Source of the DNA: Bacteroidales bacterium
GTDB lineage: Bacteria; Bacteroidota; Bacteroidia; Bacteroidales; UBA1715
NCBI GenBank assembly: GCA_046482735.1
Contig: JAWOEL010000080.1
Span: forward strand, 2,124 to 66,123
DNA: 64,000 nucleotides
Direction of reading: 5' to 3'
The notes under the pieces were generated by a model that was given only the letters and a program-made list of their open reading frames with translations, was not told the origin of the DNA and did not search any database. Position numbers and translations under genes: made by a program. This document shows positions 9,993 through 20,500 of the stretch, piece after piece. How positions within the stretch are numbered: the stretch's first letter is position 1; every line of letters starts with the position of its first letter.

Positions 9993-12122
9993 ATGTTGCA
10001 AGTAGTAAAAAAAACCATTGATTTAGGAGATGGGAGAGAAATAGAAATAGAAACGGGAAAATTAGCGAAACAAGCTGATGGATCTGTTGTTGTTAAAATG
10101 GGTAAAACCATGTTGTTGGCAACAGTGTGTTCTGCAAAAGATGCACGTGCTGATGTAGATTTTATGCCACTATCGGTAGAGTATAAAGAAAAATTTTCTG
10201 CCATGGGGCGTTTCCCCGGAGGTTTTCTAAAACGAGAAGGTCGTCCGAGTGATAATGAAATATTAGTATCACGTCTTGTTGACAGAGCTTTACGTCCTTT
10301 GTTTCCTGCAGATTATCATGCAGAAACATTTGTTACCATTCAATTAATGTCTGCAGAATCGGAAGTCTTACCGGATTGTTTAGCCGGGCTTGCTGCTTCT
10401 GCTGCTCTTTCTGTAAGTGATATTCCTTTTGGCGGACCTATATCTGAAGTTCGCGTTGGTCGTGTAAATGGTAGTTTTGTTATAAATCCTTCTGCATCGC
10501 AATTAGCTGAGGCTGATATTGATATTATGGTAGGAGGAACATTCGAAAATGTGTCGATGATTGAAGGTGAGATGGATGAAGTTTCGGAATCTGAAATGTT
10601 AGAAGCGATTTATTTTGCACATGAAGCTATTAAAGACCAATGTCAGGTTCAAAAAGAATTAGCAAAGGAGTTGGGGAAAGATGTGAAACGAGAATTTTCG
10701 CATGAAATTCAAGATGAGCAATTAGCAAAAGAAATTGAAGATTTTGCGTTTGATAAAATGTACGATATTGCATCGCAAGCTATACCTGAAAAAGAAGTTC
10801 GTGGTGAAGCTTTTCAAAAGATACAAGATGAGTTTGTTGAAGCTTTAGCAGAAAAAGATGATGCAGAGGAGATTAATAGTTCATTAATTTCTCGTTATTT
10901 TCATGATGTTCAGAAAAATGCAGTGCGAAAAGCAATCTTAGATAATCAAGTGCGGATTGATGGAAGAGAACCAAGAGAAATTCGTCCTATTTGGTGTGAG
11001 GTTGATTATTTACCTGCTGCTCATGGTTCAGCTATATTTACTCGTGGTGAAACACAGTCACTTACATCTGTTACCTTAGGAACAAAGTTAGATGAAAAAA
11101 TTATTGATGATGTTATGCTTCGTTCAAAAGAACGGTTTTTACTTCATTATAATTTTCCTCCATTTTCTACCGGTGATGCACGCCCATATCGTGGTGTTGG
11201 CAGACGCGAAGTTGGTCATGGTAATTTAGCTTATCGTGCGCTTAAAGGTGTGCTGGATGTTGGTGAAGACAATCCGTATACCATACGTGTTGTTTCTGAT
11301 ATTTTAGAATCGAATGGATCTTCTTCTATGGCAACGGTTTGTGCTGGTTCTCTTGCTTTAATGGATGCTGGAATCAGAATAAAAAAACCGGTAACGGGTA
11401 TTGCTATGGGGCTTATTTCTGATAAAGAAACCGGAAAATATGCAATTTTATCTGATATTCTTGGTGAAGAAGATCATTTAGGGGATATGGATTTTAAAGT
11501 ATGTGGAACCAAAGACGGCATTACTGCTGTGCAAATGGATATTAAAATTGATGGGCTTTCTCAACAGTTAATGACGGAAGCTCTTGAACAAGCTCGCGAA
11601 GGACGTCTTCATATAATGGATAAAATTTTGGAGACCTTATCGGCTCCACGACCTGATTTTAAAGATCATGCTCCACGTATTGAAAAGTTAGTAATTGATA
11701 AAGAATATATCGGTGCTATTATTGGTTCTGGTGGTAAAAATATTCAGGAATTGCAGGCTAAGACCAATTGTGTAATTACTATAGAGGAAATTGACGGAAA
11801 AGGTGAGGTTGAAATCTTTGGTACGGATAAAGAAGGTATTACTGAAGCAAAAGATTATATTGCCGGATTGATTGAAGAACCTGAGGTTGGTAAGGTGTAT
11901 TCTGCAAAAGTGAAAACTATTGTTCAATTTGGTGCGTTCCTTGAATTTATGCCTCAACGTGATGGTTTATTGCATGTGTCGGAAATTGATTGGAAACGGG
12001 TAGAAAATGTTTCTGATGTGTTAAAAGAAGGTGATGTGGTTGAAGTGAAATTGCTGGGAATTGATAGAGGAAAATATAAACTTTCTCGTAAAGTTTTACT
12101 TCCTAAACCTGAAAATAAATAA
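9993..12122 (+). CDS. pnp: polyribonucleotide nucleotidyltransferase (PNPase)
   Basis: Two RNase PH domains, a KH domain ([11 protein letters not shown]) and a C-terminal S1 domain. I placed the start at the Met of [23 protein letters not shown], because the track start at 9918 would read through the rpsO terminator. Confidence 0.95.
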   Translation: MLQVVKKTIDLGDGREIEIETGKLAKQADGSVVVKMGKTMLLATVCSAKDARADVDFMPLSVEYKEKFSAMGRFPGGFLKREGRPSDNEILVSRLVDRALRPLFPADYHAETFVTIQLMSAESEVLPDCLAGLAASAALSVSDIPFGGPISEVRVGRVNGSFVINPSASQLAEADIDIMVGGTFENVSMIEGEMDEVSESEMLEAIYFAHEAIKDQCQVQKELAKELGKDVKREFSHEIQDEQLAKEIEDFAFDKMYDIASQAIPEKEVRGEAFQKIQDEFVEALAEKDDAEEINSSLISRYFHDVQKNAVRKAILDNQVRIDGREPREIRPIWCEVDYLPAAHGSAIFTRGETQSLTSVTLGTKLDEKIIDDVMLRSKERFLLHYNFPPFSTGDARPYRGVGRREVGHGNLAYRALKGVLDVGEDNPYTIRVVSDILESNGSSSMATVCAGSLALMDAGIRIKKPVTGIAMGLISDKETGKYAILSDILGEEDHLGDMDFKVCGTKDGITAVQMDIKIDGLSQQLMTEALEQAREGRLHIMDKILETLSAPRPDFKDHAPRIEKLVIDKEYIGAIIGSGGKNIQELQAKTNCVITIEEIDGKGEVEIFGTDKEGITEAKDYIAGLIEEPEVGKVYSAKVKTIVQFGAFLEFMPQRDGLLHVSEIDWKRVENVSDVLKEGDVVEVKLLGIDRGKYKLSRKVLLPKPENK

Positions 12123-12150
12123 TATATTTTTGATATATACTATGTAAAGT

Positions 12151-12185
12151 AAGAGTTGTCTTTAAGTAGGGCAACTCTTTTTTTA
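12151..12185 (+). terminator. rho-independent terminator after pnp
   Basis: AAGAGTTGTC-tttaagtag-GGCAACTCTT followed by TTTTTT. Confidence 0.7.
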
Positions 12186-12462
12186 TGTCTGTATAAAAAA
12201 TGTGCTTTGCCACTTAATTTTATTAATCGGAAATAAGTTTTGCATTAAAATGTGGTTATTATATAAAAGTATGTTTTGTGTAAGATGGTTGTATGTTTTT
12301 GGTGAATGGTAGATAAATTTGCCGAAAAATCTCACATTAAATTTATAACCACATTTATGTGTTAATCTGAGTTGAAAAAGGATATTGAACTCGAGTTAAT
12401 TATGTATATTTGTTTGTAATAAAGCATTACTATTTTTCGTTAGTGAACTACAAATTTTAATT

Positions 12463-14499
12463 ATGATTCGCACAGAGATTACGAAAACGATAATTTTTTT
12501 CTTGTGTATCATTTTTTTTACGATGTGTACATCAAAGAAAAAAATGGTACAAAAAGCTGAAACTGCATATGAAAAAGGCGAGTATTATACTGCATTGTCT
12601 TTGTATGAACAAATTGTAGATGCAGAAAAATCTCGTATGGCAAAGTATCAATATTATTATTCGATAGCTGAATGTTATAGAAATTTAAATAATAGTCGAA
12701 GAGCAGAAAGTTACTACCGACGTGCCTCGCGCCGTTCGAAAGAGGAGAGCCTGCAATTAAAATACGGACATATGTTATTGCAAAATGGTAAGGTCTCTGA
12801 TGCTTTGGCAGCTTTTCAAGAATACAAAGAAAATCATTCTACAGATCCGGAAGTTGAAAATGCTATTAAGTCATGTAGTTTAGCTGTTGAATGGGTTGAT
12901 AATCCAACACGATATATTGTGGATGATGTACGGGAAATGAGTGAATTCAGAGATAATGATTTTTCACCTGCATATGCATCAGGTGATTTTTCTACTATAT
13001 ATTTCACGTCATCACGTTCACGTGAAGATGATAAAGAGGAGATTAATCCGGTATCCGGAATGAATTATACTGATATATATGAAATACGAAAAGATAGAAG
13101 AGGAAGATGGACCGATCCTGTGATAATTGAAGATACAACAGTTTTGTCTGATTTTGATGATGGTACACCTGCTTTTAATGCAGCTAAAACAGAAATGTAT
13201 TTTACTCGTTGTACTCAGGAAGCTGACAAAAAAGTTGGTTGTCAAATTTATAAAACTGAGTTGCAGGGGGGAGGTTGGAATAATTTGACAAGGTTAGATT
13301 TTGTGTCTGATAGTGTTTCGGTAGGACATCCGTCGATTTCGGCAGATGGTTTAACTCTCTATTTTGCGGCACAAATGAGTGGTGGGGTAGGTGGTATTGA
13401 TATTTGGAAAGTTACTCGCGAATCTGAAACCTCCTCATGGAGTCGTCCGGTTAATTTAGGACACAATATAAATTCTCCCGGTGATGAAATGTTTCCCAGT
13501 ATTCGTGAAGACGGTGTATTGTTTTTTTCGTCAAATTTTCACCCAGGAATGGGTGGTTTAGATATTTTTAGAGCTGTAAAAAATGATGTTGGACAGTGGG
13601 AAATATATAATATGAAATATCCGGTAAACTCTCATAAAGACGATTTTGGTATAATATTTCAGGGAAGTACAGAAAAAGGATTATTTTCTTCTAACAGAAA
13701 AGGTGCAAGGGGTAATGATAATATATATTCTTTTGAATTACCTGAATTGAAAATAAAAGTTGTTGGTCAGTTGCTCGATTCTGATACACAAAAACCGATA
13801 GAGGAAGGTGATGTTACTTTAGTTGGGAGTGATGGTTCTGTTCAAACAATTAAAAGTCGTGTTGATGGTGAATATTCTTTTGATTTGGAGCAGTATGTAG
13901 ATTATATAGTTGTTGGTTCTGTTGAGGGGTATTTAAAAAATAAAGTACAAGTGTCAACTGTGAATGTGAGTGATAATACAACTTTTGAAAAAGATGTTGA
14001 GTTAATGACGATGAGTAAACCTATTGAGATACCTAATATATTTTATGAATCGGGTGAGTGGCGATTAAATGATGAATCAAAAGAAGCATTGCGTATGTTG
14101 TCTAAATTATTATCGGATAATCCCAATATTACTATTGAAATAGGGGCTCATACAGATATGATAGGTGATGAAGAGGCTAATATGGAATTGTCGCGTAAAC
14201 GGGCACAAGCAATAATTGATTATTTAGAAGAACATGATTATGATCCGGATAGGTTTGAGGCACGGGGATACGGAGAAAGTAAACCTATGACTATAACACA
14301 GAAAATTGCACAGAAAGATACTGCTTTTGTAGAAGGACAAGTGTTAACACAGGAGTTTATTAAAACATTGCCGCCTGAGACACAAAAAATAGCAAATCAG
14401 ATTAATAGAAGAACAGAAATCCAGATTTTATCTACTAATTATATTCCAAATTTAGAGTATTTTTTACGTCATAAAAATACTGTTTCTACATCTGATTAG
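12463..14499 (+). CDS. OmpA-family outer-membrane protein with N-terminal TPR, TolB-like beta-propeller repeats and C-terminal OmpA peptidoglycan-binding domain
   Basis: Signal/lipoprotein-like N-terminus, a TPR-like segment and repeated WD40-like/TolB motifs. The C-terminal OmpA_C domain reads IEIGAHTDMIGDEEANMELSRKRAQAIIDYL ... NRRTEI. A TATATTTG -7 box lies at 12405-12412. Confidence 0.8.
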   Translation: MIRTEITKTIIFFLCIIFFTMCTSKKKMVQKAETAYEKGEYYTALSLYEQIVDAEKSRMAKYQYYYSIAECYRNLNNSRRAESYYRRASRRSKEESLQLKYGHMLLQNGKVSDALAAFQEYKENHSTDPEVENAIKSCSLAVEWVDNPTRYIVDDVREMSEFRDNDFSPAYASGDFSTIYFTSSRSREDDKEEINPVSGMNYTDIYEIRKDRRGRWTDPVIIEDTTVLSDFDDGTPAFNAAKTEMYFTRCTQEADKKVGCQIYKTELQGGGWNNLTRLDFVSDSVSVGHPSISADGLTLYFAAQMSGGVGGIDIWKVTRESETSSWSRPVNLGHNINSPGDEMFPSIREDGVLFFSSNFHPGMGGLDIFRAVKNDVGQWEIYNMKYPVNSHKDDFGIIFQGSTEKGLFSSNRKGARGNDNIYSFELPELKIKVVGQLLDSDTQKPIEEGDVTLVGSDGSVQTIKSRVDGEYSFDLEQYVDYIVVGSVEGYLKNKVQVSTVNVSDNTTFEKDVELMTMSKPIEIPNIFYESGEWRLNDESKEALRMLSKLLSDNPNITIEIGAHTDMIGDEEANMELSRKRAQAIIDYLEEHDYDPDRFEARGYGESKPMTITQKIAQKDTAFVEGQVLTQEFIKTLPPETQKIANQINRRTEIQILSTNYIPNLEYFLRHKNTVSTSD

Positions 14500-14504
14500 C
14501 TTGT

Positions 14505-14535
14505 TTTGTTTTTTCAGCCAGAGTCTGTATATTTG
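14505..14535 (+). promoter_or_regulatory. Bacteroidota-type promoter (-33 TTTG / -7 TATATTTG) about 210 nt upstream of fabG
   Basis: TTTG at 14505-14508 and TATATTTG at 14528-14535, spaced 19 nt apart. Confidence 0.45.
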
Positions 14536-14747
14536 TCATACTTTTTTAAAGTGTTGAGCATAGTTCTATAGTGCAGAAATTATTAATGTATTAAAAAAGT
14601 ATTGAATAGAATTATGATTGCAATTGGTAATCTCAGTTTTAATACCTATACATGAGTGTAGTTTTATAGTGTGGTTTACTATTATCAGGAAAGATAGAAT
14701 TATGATAAAGAAAATAAAGACAATTATAAACTAATTAATATAAACAT

Positions 14748-15494
14748 ATGAAATTATTAGAAGGAAAAACAGCACTTATTACTGGTGCAGCACGTGGTAT
14801 AGGTAAAGCTATAGCTTTACGTTATGCTTCAGAAGGAGCAAATATTGCTTTTACTGATTTAGAATATAATGAGGTTGCAGAGCAGACCCAAAAAGAAATT
14901 GCTGAATTAGGTGTACAAGCTCAAGGTTATGCTTCTAATGCTGCAAATTTTGAAGATACTCAGGCTGTCGTAAAAAAAATTCACGAGGATTTTGGTTCAA
15001 TTGATATATTAGTAAATAATGCCGGAATAACTAAAGATGGTGCTCTTAAACGAATGACAGAAGATCAATGGGACGCTGTTATAACAGTAAATTTAAAATC
15101 TGTTTTTAATTTTACGAAATCAGTGCAACCTATTATGTGGAAACAAGCAGGAGGTAGTATTGTAAACGTGAGTTCTGTTGTTGGTGTTTCCGGAAATAAA
15201 AATCAAGCTAATTATTCAGCATCAAAAGCCGGTATGATTGGTTTTACAAAATCTGTTGCTAAAGAATTAGGAGCACGAAATATTCGTTCAAATGCGATAG
15301 CTCCAGGGTTTATTTTAACAGAAATGACTGCACAATTGCCGGAGTCTGTTATTGAGGAATGGAAAAAACAAATTCCACTTAACCGACCAGGGAAGCCCGA
15401 AGATGTTGCAGATGTTTGTGTGTTTTTAGCCTCTGACATGTCCTCATATGTTACCGGTCAGGTTATACCTATTTGTGGTGGGTTAGAAATATAA
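14748..15494 (+). CDS. fabG: 3-oxoacyl-[acyl-carrier-protein] reductase
   Basis: SDR family: TGAARGIGKAIA Rossmann motif, NNAG, and the YSASKAG catalytic motif. At 248 aa it is typical of FabG. Confidence 0.85.
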   Translation: MKLLEGKTALITGAARGIGKAIALRYASEGANIAFTDLEYNEVAEQTQKEIAELGVQAQGYASNAANFEDTQAVVKKIHEDFGSIDILVNNAGITKDGALKRMTEDQWDAVITVNLKSVFNFTKSVQPIMWKQAGGSIVNVSSVVGVSGNKNQANYSASKAGMIGFTKSVAKELGARNIRSNAIAPGFILTEMTAQLPESVIEEWKKQIPLNRPGKPEDVADVCVFLASDMSSYVTGQVIPICGGLEI

Positions 15495-15501
15495 GACCTA
15501 T

Positions 15502-16842
15502 ATGTATATGACCCAGTCTCAATTACTTTTAGACAAATTAGAACAAAAATTTTCTACTGAACCAGAATATATACAAGCAATAACGGAATTTTTTAATTGT
15601 ATAGAAGATGTATATGAATCTAATATACAGTATCAAAAAGCTAATATTCTTGAGCGTATAGCATTGCCCGATAAAATTATAGAATTTCAGGTTCCCTGGC
15701 ATGATGATAATGGCACTGTTCACGTAAATACAGGATATCGGGTTCAGTTTAATAATGTGCTTGGTCCATATAAGGGAGGACTACGGTTTCATCCTTCGGT
15801 TAATCTGAGTATTTTGAAATTTCTTGGTTTCGAACAAGTTTTTAAAAATAGTTTAACCACTCTACCTCTTGGTGGAGGTAAAGGTGGAGCCGATTTTGAT
15901 TCACGTGGAAAATCGGAACCCGAAATTATGCGGTTTTGTCAGTCTTTTATGTTGCGTTTGTGGGCAGATATTGGTCAAAATATAGATATTCCGGCCGGTG
16001 ATATTGGAGTTGGGAAGCGCGAGATAGGATATTTATATGGTATGTATAAACGGTTGACGCGTCAACATGTTGGCGTTATAACAGGGAAAGGAATAGATTG
16101 GGGCGGTAGTAAAATACGTCCGGAAGCTACGGGCTATGGGGTAATATATTTTTTAGAGAATATGTTAGCTTCACGTGCTGATTCCATTGTCGGGAAACGA
16201 ATAATAATTTCGGGTTTTGGTAATGTGGCCTGGGGTGCTGTGAAAAAAGCTAATGAACTTGGAGCCAAAATTATTGCAATATCCGGTCCTGATGGCTTTG
16301 TGCATGATCCTCATGGAATATGTGGTGAGAAAATTGAGTTTTTACTTGCCTTGCGATCCTCTAATAATGATGTGATACGCCCCTTAGCTGAAAAATTTCA
16401 TTTACTATTTGATCCTCATCGAAAACCATGGAATATCCCCTGTGATATTGCTATACCTTGTGCAACACAAAATGAAATTACTGAAATTGATGTTCAACAT
16501 CTTATAAAAAATAGATGTCAGTATATTGTTGAAGGTGCAAATATGCCGTGTTCTGATGAAGCTCAGCATTTAATAAAAAAATCTGATATTATATATGCAC
16601 CGGGTAAGGCTTCTAATGCTGGTGGTGTAGCGGTTTCCGGTTTGGAGATGACACAAAATTCCGAACGGTATACCTGGGCTTCTGAAGGTGTGGACGATAA
16701 ACTACGTCGTATAATGTATGAAATTCATGAAACTTGTTGTAAACACGGAAAAAAACCTGATAATTCTGTTGATTATGTTGAAGGTGCAAATATTGCATCT
16801 TTTATAAAAGTAGCAAATGCTATGTGTGATCTCGGAATATAA
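15502..16842 (+). CDS. gdhA: NAD(P)-specific glutamate dehydrogenase
   Basis: Glu/Leu/Phe/Val dehydrogenase signature LPLGGGKGGADFD, KGGLRFHPSVN, and a GFGNVAWG dinucleotide fold. Confidence 0.93.
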   Translation: MYMTQSQLLLDKLEQKFSTEPEYIQAITEFFNCIEDVYESNIQYQKANILERIALPDKIIEFQVPWHDDNGTVHVNTGYRVQFNNVLGPYKGGLRFHPSVNLSILKFLGFEQVFKNSLTTLPLGGGKGGADFDSRGKSEPEIMRFCQSFMLRLWADIGQNIDIPAGDIGVGKREIGYLYGMYKRLTRQHVGVITGKGIDWGGSKIRPEATGYGVIYFLENMLASRADSIVGKRIIISGFGNVAWGAVKKANELGAKIIAISGPDGFVHDPHGICGEKIEFLLALRSSNNDVIRPLAEKFHLLFDPHRKPWNIPCDIAIPCATQNEITEIDVQHLIKNRCQYIVEGANMPCSDEAQHLIKKSDIIYAPGKASNAGGVAVSGLEMTQNSERYTWASEGVDDKLRRIMYEIHETCCKHGKKPDNSVDYVEGANIASFIKVANAMCDLGI

Positions 16843-16895
16843 AAAAAAATTGTACATTTGTATATAACTGAATAAAACGTATAATTATTAACATT

Positions 16896-17444
16896 ATGAA
16901 AGAGTATACTAAAGAAATTGCTGATAGAATTAAAGAAATACGTGAACAATTGGGCTTATCTATTGACGAGGTGGCTGATGAAACGCATATTAACAAATAT
17001 GAGTATGAAGATTATGAGTCAGGACAAATTGATATTCCTGTGAGTGCGGTTATTAATATTGCAGCTTGTTTTAAAACTGATGTGGCTGTTCTGTTAACTG
17101 GTGAAAAACCTACAGAAATAGGGTATTCGGTTACGCGTAAAGGTGAAGGTGTTAGTGTTGAACGTCATCATAGATATAAGTATCAGGCATTGGCACATAA
17201 TTTTGTAAATAAATTAGGAAAACCTTTTATCATTACTATAGATGCAAGTGATGAGGAGGTGCATTATAACAATCATGGTGGGCAAGAATTTATTTTTGTT
17301 CTGGATGGTCATGTAAAAATGTATTTTAAAGAAGAGGTTGTAGAGTTAAAAGAAGGGGATAATGTATATTTTGATGCGACTATTCCGCATGCTTTAAAAA
17401 CAGAAAATGGTGAGCGTGCTCGTTGTTTAGCTGTTGTCTTTTAA
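16896..17444 (+). CDS. XRE-family transcriptional regulator with C-terminal cupin domain
   Basis: N-terminal HTH_3-like region (IKEIREQLGLSIDEVADETHINKYEYEDYESG) and a C-terminal cupin (GQEFIFVLDGHV...GDNVYFDATIPHAL). A TACATTTG -7 box lies at 16853-16860. Confidence 0.8.
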   Translation: MKEYTKEIADRIKEIREQLGLSIDEVADETHINKYEYEDYESGQIDIPVSAVINIAACFKTDVAVLLTGEKPTEIGYSVTRKGEGVSVERHHRYKYQALAHNFVNKLGKPFIITIDASDEEVHYNNHGGQEFIFVLDGHVKMYFKEEVVELKEGDNVYFDATIPHALKTENGERARCLAVVF

Positions 17445-17477
17445 TTGTTTTTTTGTAAGATAAAGATTCTAATACAT

Positions 17478-17512
17478 AAAAAAAGGCGATTCAATTTGAA
17501 TCGCCTTTTTTT
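17478..17512. terminator. bidirectional rho-independent terminator between the convergent XRE-cupin and GH9 genes
   Basis: AAAAAAA-GGCGATTCAA-T-TTGAATCGCC-TTTTTTT: an A-run and a T-run flank a near-perfect GC-containing hairpin. Confidence 0.8.
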
Positions 17513-17573
17513 GTTTAATGCATGTAGATATGTTTTTTAAACCAAAAAAAACATCTTGAAATAACTAACGTAA

Positions 17574-20500
17574 TTACCAACTAAATGTATTTTCTGAATT
17601 TAGATACAAATAATATCCTTTACCTGGTAACACTTCGTCTAATGTTCCTGTATTATCATTTGCATCATAAAATTCATTAAAATCTTTAAGAATAATCACA
17701 TCATTAATTAAAGGATATAACGTATTCTCTATACTTCCTGATGTACTGTCCGATTGTGGATGGCTGAACATATTCCATCCTGCTTGTAAAGAAATACTTC
17801 CACTTTCAACTTGTGTGCCGGAAATAATTAAATCAGATGCAGTATTCATTTTTACAAGATATGCCTTACCAAGTTCAAATGTTTGTAAACTTTGAAGACT
17901 TAAAGCTTGTCCGGGTTTATAGAACCCATCTGCATTTTTAATTAAATCTACATTATTCATAATGTCTGCAAATAAAGTATCTATAGAGGCATTAATGGGT
18001 TCTAGTTGAATTGAAATTAAATTCCATCCTGTCTGCAATGGTATCGTTTGACTTATTACATCACTTGTTACAATTACATCTATTTGAGCTTGTGGTGATT
18101 CACAGCCGCTAAGAGTTTGTGTGACAAAATATGATGTTGTGTCCTCACTTGTTGTTGAAGGTTCCGGTGCTGTCGGGTTACCGGTTCCGGTAGGAGAAGT
18201 ATACCATAATAATGAACTCCCGGTAATGTTTTCAGCGGTAAGTTGTGTTGCCGTTTCTCCTACAGTATATTTAACAGGAGATGAAACTATCGGTGCATTC
18301 AGATATTCTGTTGATGTTATTGATTCTGTATTAAAATCTGAACTATTTCCCGCAGCATCTTTAGCCCGAACTTTTATTGCATACTCAGTGTTACAATCTA
18401 ACCCCGAAACAGTTGTGCTTGTTGAAGTACCAGATACTGTTTCGTATAACGTGCCGTCGAGATACACTTCATATTCTGTAACTTCAACATTGTCTGTTGA
18501 TGCCCCCCAACTTACGCTAAAAGAATCCAAGGTGATATCACTAAATGATATTGTTCCGGGAGTTGTTGGTGCCTGGGTGTCTCCACAATCTGCATTGGGA
18601 TCGATAATACCAAGTACGGGTGTTCTGCCGCATGTAGAGCCTGCAGATATCTGCCAGTCGTAAAAATAAAGATAATAGTTGCTATTTGAGGTGGTTCCCT
18701 GATATGCACCGGTTAACGTTACAATACCAGACGGACTTGATTCATATGGATAGGATGCACCGCTATTATGAAAACTGAGAGAACCATTAAAATCCACAGA
18801 TGAAAGGCGTATACGAAGGTTTTCGCCCCAAGCTTTTTCTACTGTGAAATTGCCAAAAGAGAATTCAACTAATGAACCAGCCATGCCTGTTTCAATATTA
18901 ATAGGGTCTGATGTGAATGTTTTTGCCGGCGAAAAAGCATTTCCATTACCATCAAGAATTTCTACGGTCACTGTTCCTGAACCGTCACCATAAACACTAC
19001 CTACAAACAGCTTCATTGAATGTACCGTAAAATCTGAGCCGACGGTAAATGCCATGTGTAAATCATCACTAACCCCCCAATCATTGGTTGAGCTGCCTAC
19101 AGTGGTAGATGCACCTGCAGTACCATCAAAAGAACTGGCATCCTGTACGTAAAAAGTTGTAGATTCTGAAATTGTTGTTGAATAAGTTGTTTCTGTTTCT
19201 AATGGTGTGCCACCTGTTTGAGAATCGTACCACTCATAAGTACCCGGAGTTGAAACAGCAAGGTTAACAGTTCCTGCTTCGCAAATTGTGTCGTGTTGAA
19301 CTTCAGGTAATAATGAGGTAATTATTATATCATCAGTTTTGTCTGTACATCCCGCAGCACTTACCGTTACCGAATATGTTCCAGCATTATATGCAGTATA
19401 TGTTTGTGCTGTGGCATCAGGAATAACTGAGCCGTCTATCGACCATGCGTAATTAATACCCGTGCCGGAAACTCCTGCATCAAGTGTTTTTGTTGTTTCT
19501 TCGCAAAGTTCAGCATCGGCTCCTAAATCAACAGTTGGTAGTTCGGCAGAAACGACAATATCGTCAGATGTGGTCCATGCACCTGATGTTTCTGCTATTT
19601 CACAGGTGTAGGTGTCAGCTTCTGTTACCGTAACACTTGTGAGATTTGCACCTTCATTAAATGGTGTCGAAGATGAACCTTTGTACCATTTATAGGTAAT
19701 AGATTCTCCTGATTGCAGACTACTTAAATCAGTAGTTGCAGTGATAGTAGCTTCACCTGTTCCGCATAATGTAAGTTCATCGCCTAATTCCGGTGTTGGA
19801 TGACCAAATTGGTTTATATCTACCGGGTTGTCCATTGATATAATATATCCTAAAGCCGCAACTAATCCCGCATTATAATCAATACCCCCTTCAGAAGTTT
19901 CATAATTACCGATATCTTCTGTGAAGTTAGGGTCGCGGGAACCACCAATCATATATCCGTGTTGAGCATTTCGTGTTGGAATAACCAAAGTGTCCTGTTC
20001 TGCCATAATATTATCAGATAAAAAAACATTTCTATGGTGTGGATGTTGAGCTGAGTTGCAAGAACCACATCCTTCCCGGTTAAACCCAACAACAAAAGAA
20101 AAATTGGCAGTGTTGCTTCCTAAAATATAATCTACTTGGTCGTAAATAAATTTATCAACTATTGTATCGTTATTATATTTTTGCCATAACCCAACAATAA
20201 AAGCAGCATTAGCGTTGTAACGTAATGGCCCCCATGTTCCATCACCACCAGTGTATAAATCATTACTGCCGACGTCAGCTTTATACATTAATGCAAATTC
20301 TTCAAATAATGTTTCTCCGTATGAATCTCCTAATAGTGCTAAGTTGTATGCCGCAACATCATCGTTATTGTTATAACAGTATGTATAATTGTGGTTATCG
20401 ATATTTCTATTATCAGAAGGCCCTCTTGTATCTAAAGCTTCATTTTTATAATCTTCATTACCAGTAGCCCAATACAATTCGGCACATGCACTTATATAAT

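Noticed and set aside
18121-18663. A 180-aa plus-strand ORF, and several 60-80-aa ORFs on either strand, lie inside the GH9 gene (for example 20225-20467, 20784-21008 and 21064-21261).
   Set aside because: They lie entirely within a long, motif-supported minus-strand gene, either antisense or out of frame. Their translations are low-complexity, with no start context or recognisable motifs. They are typical shadow ORFs.
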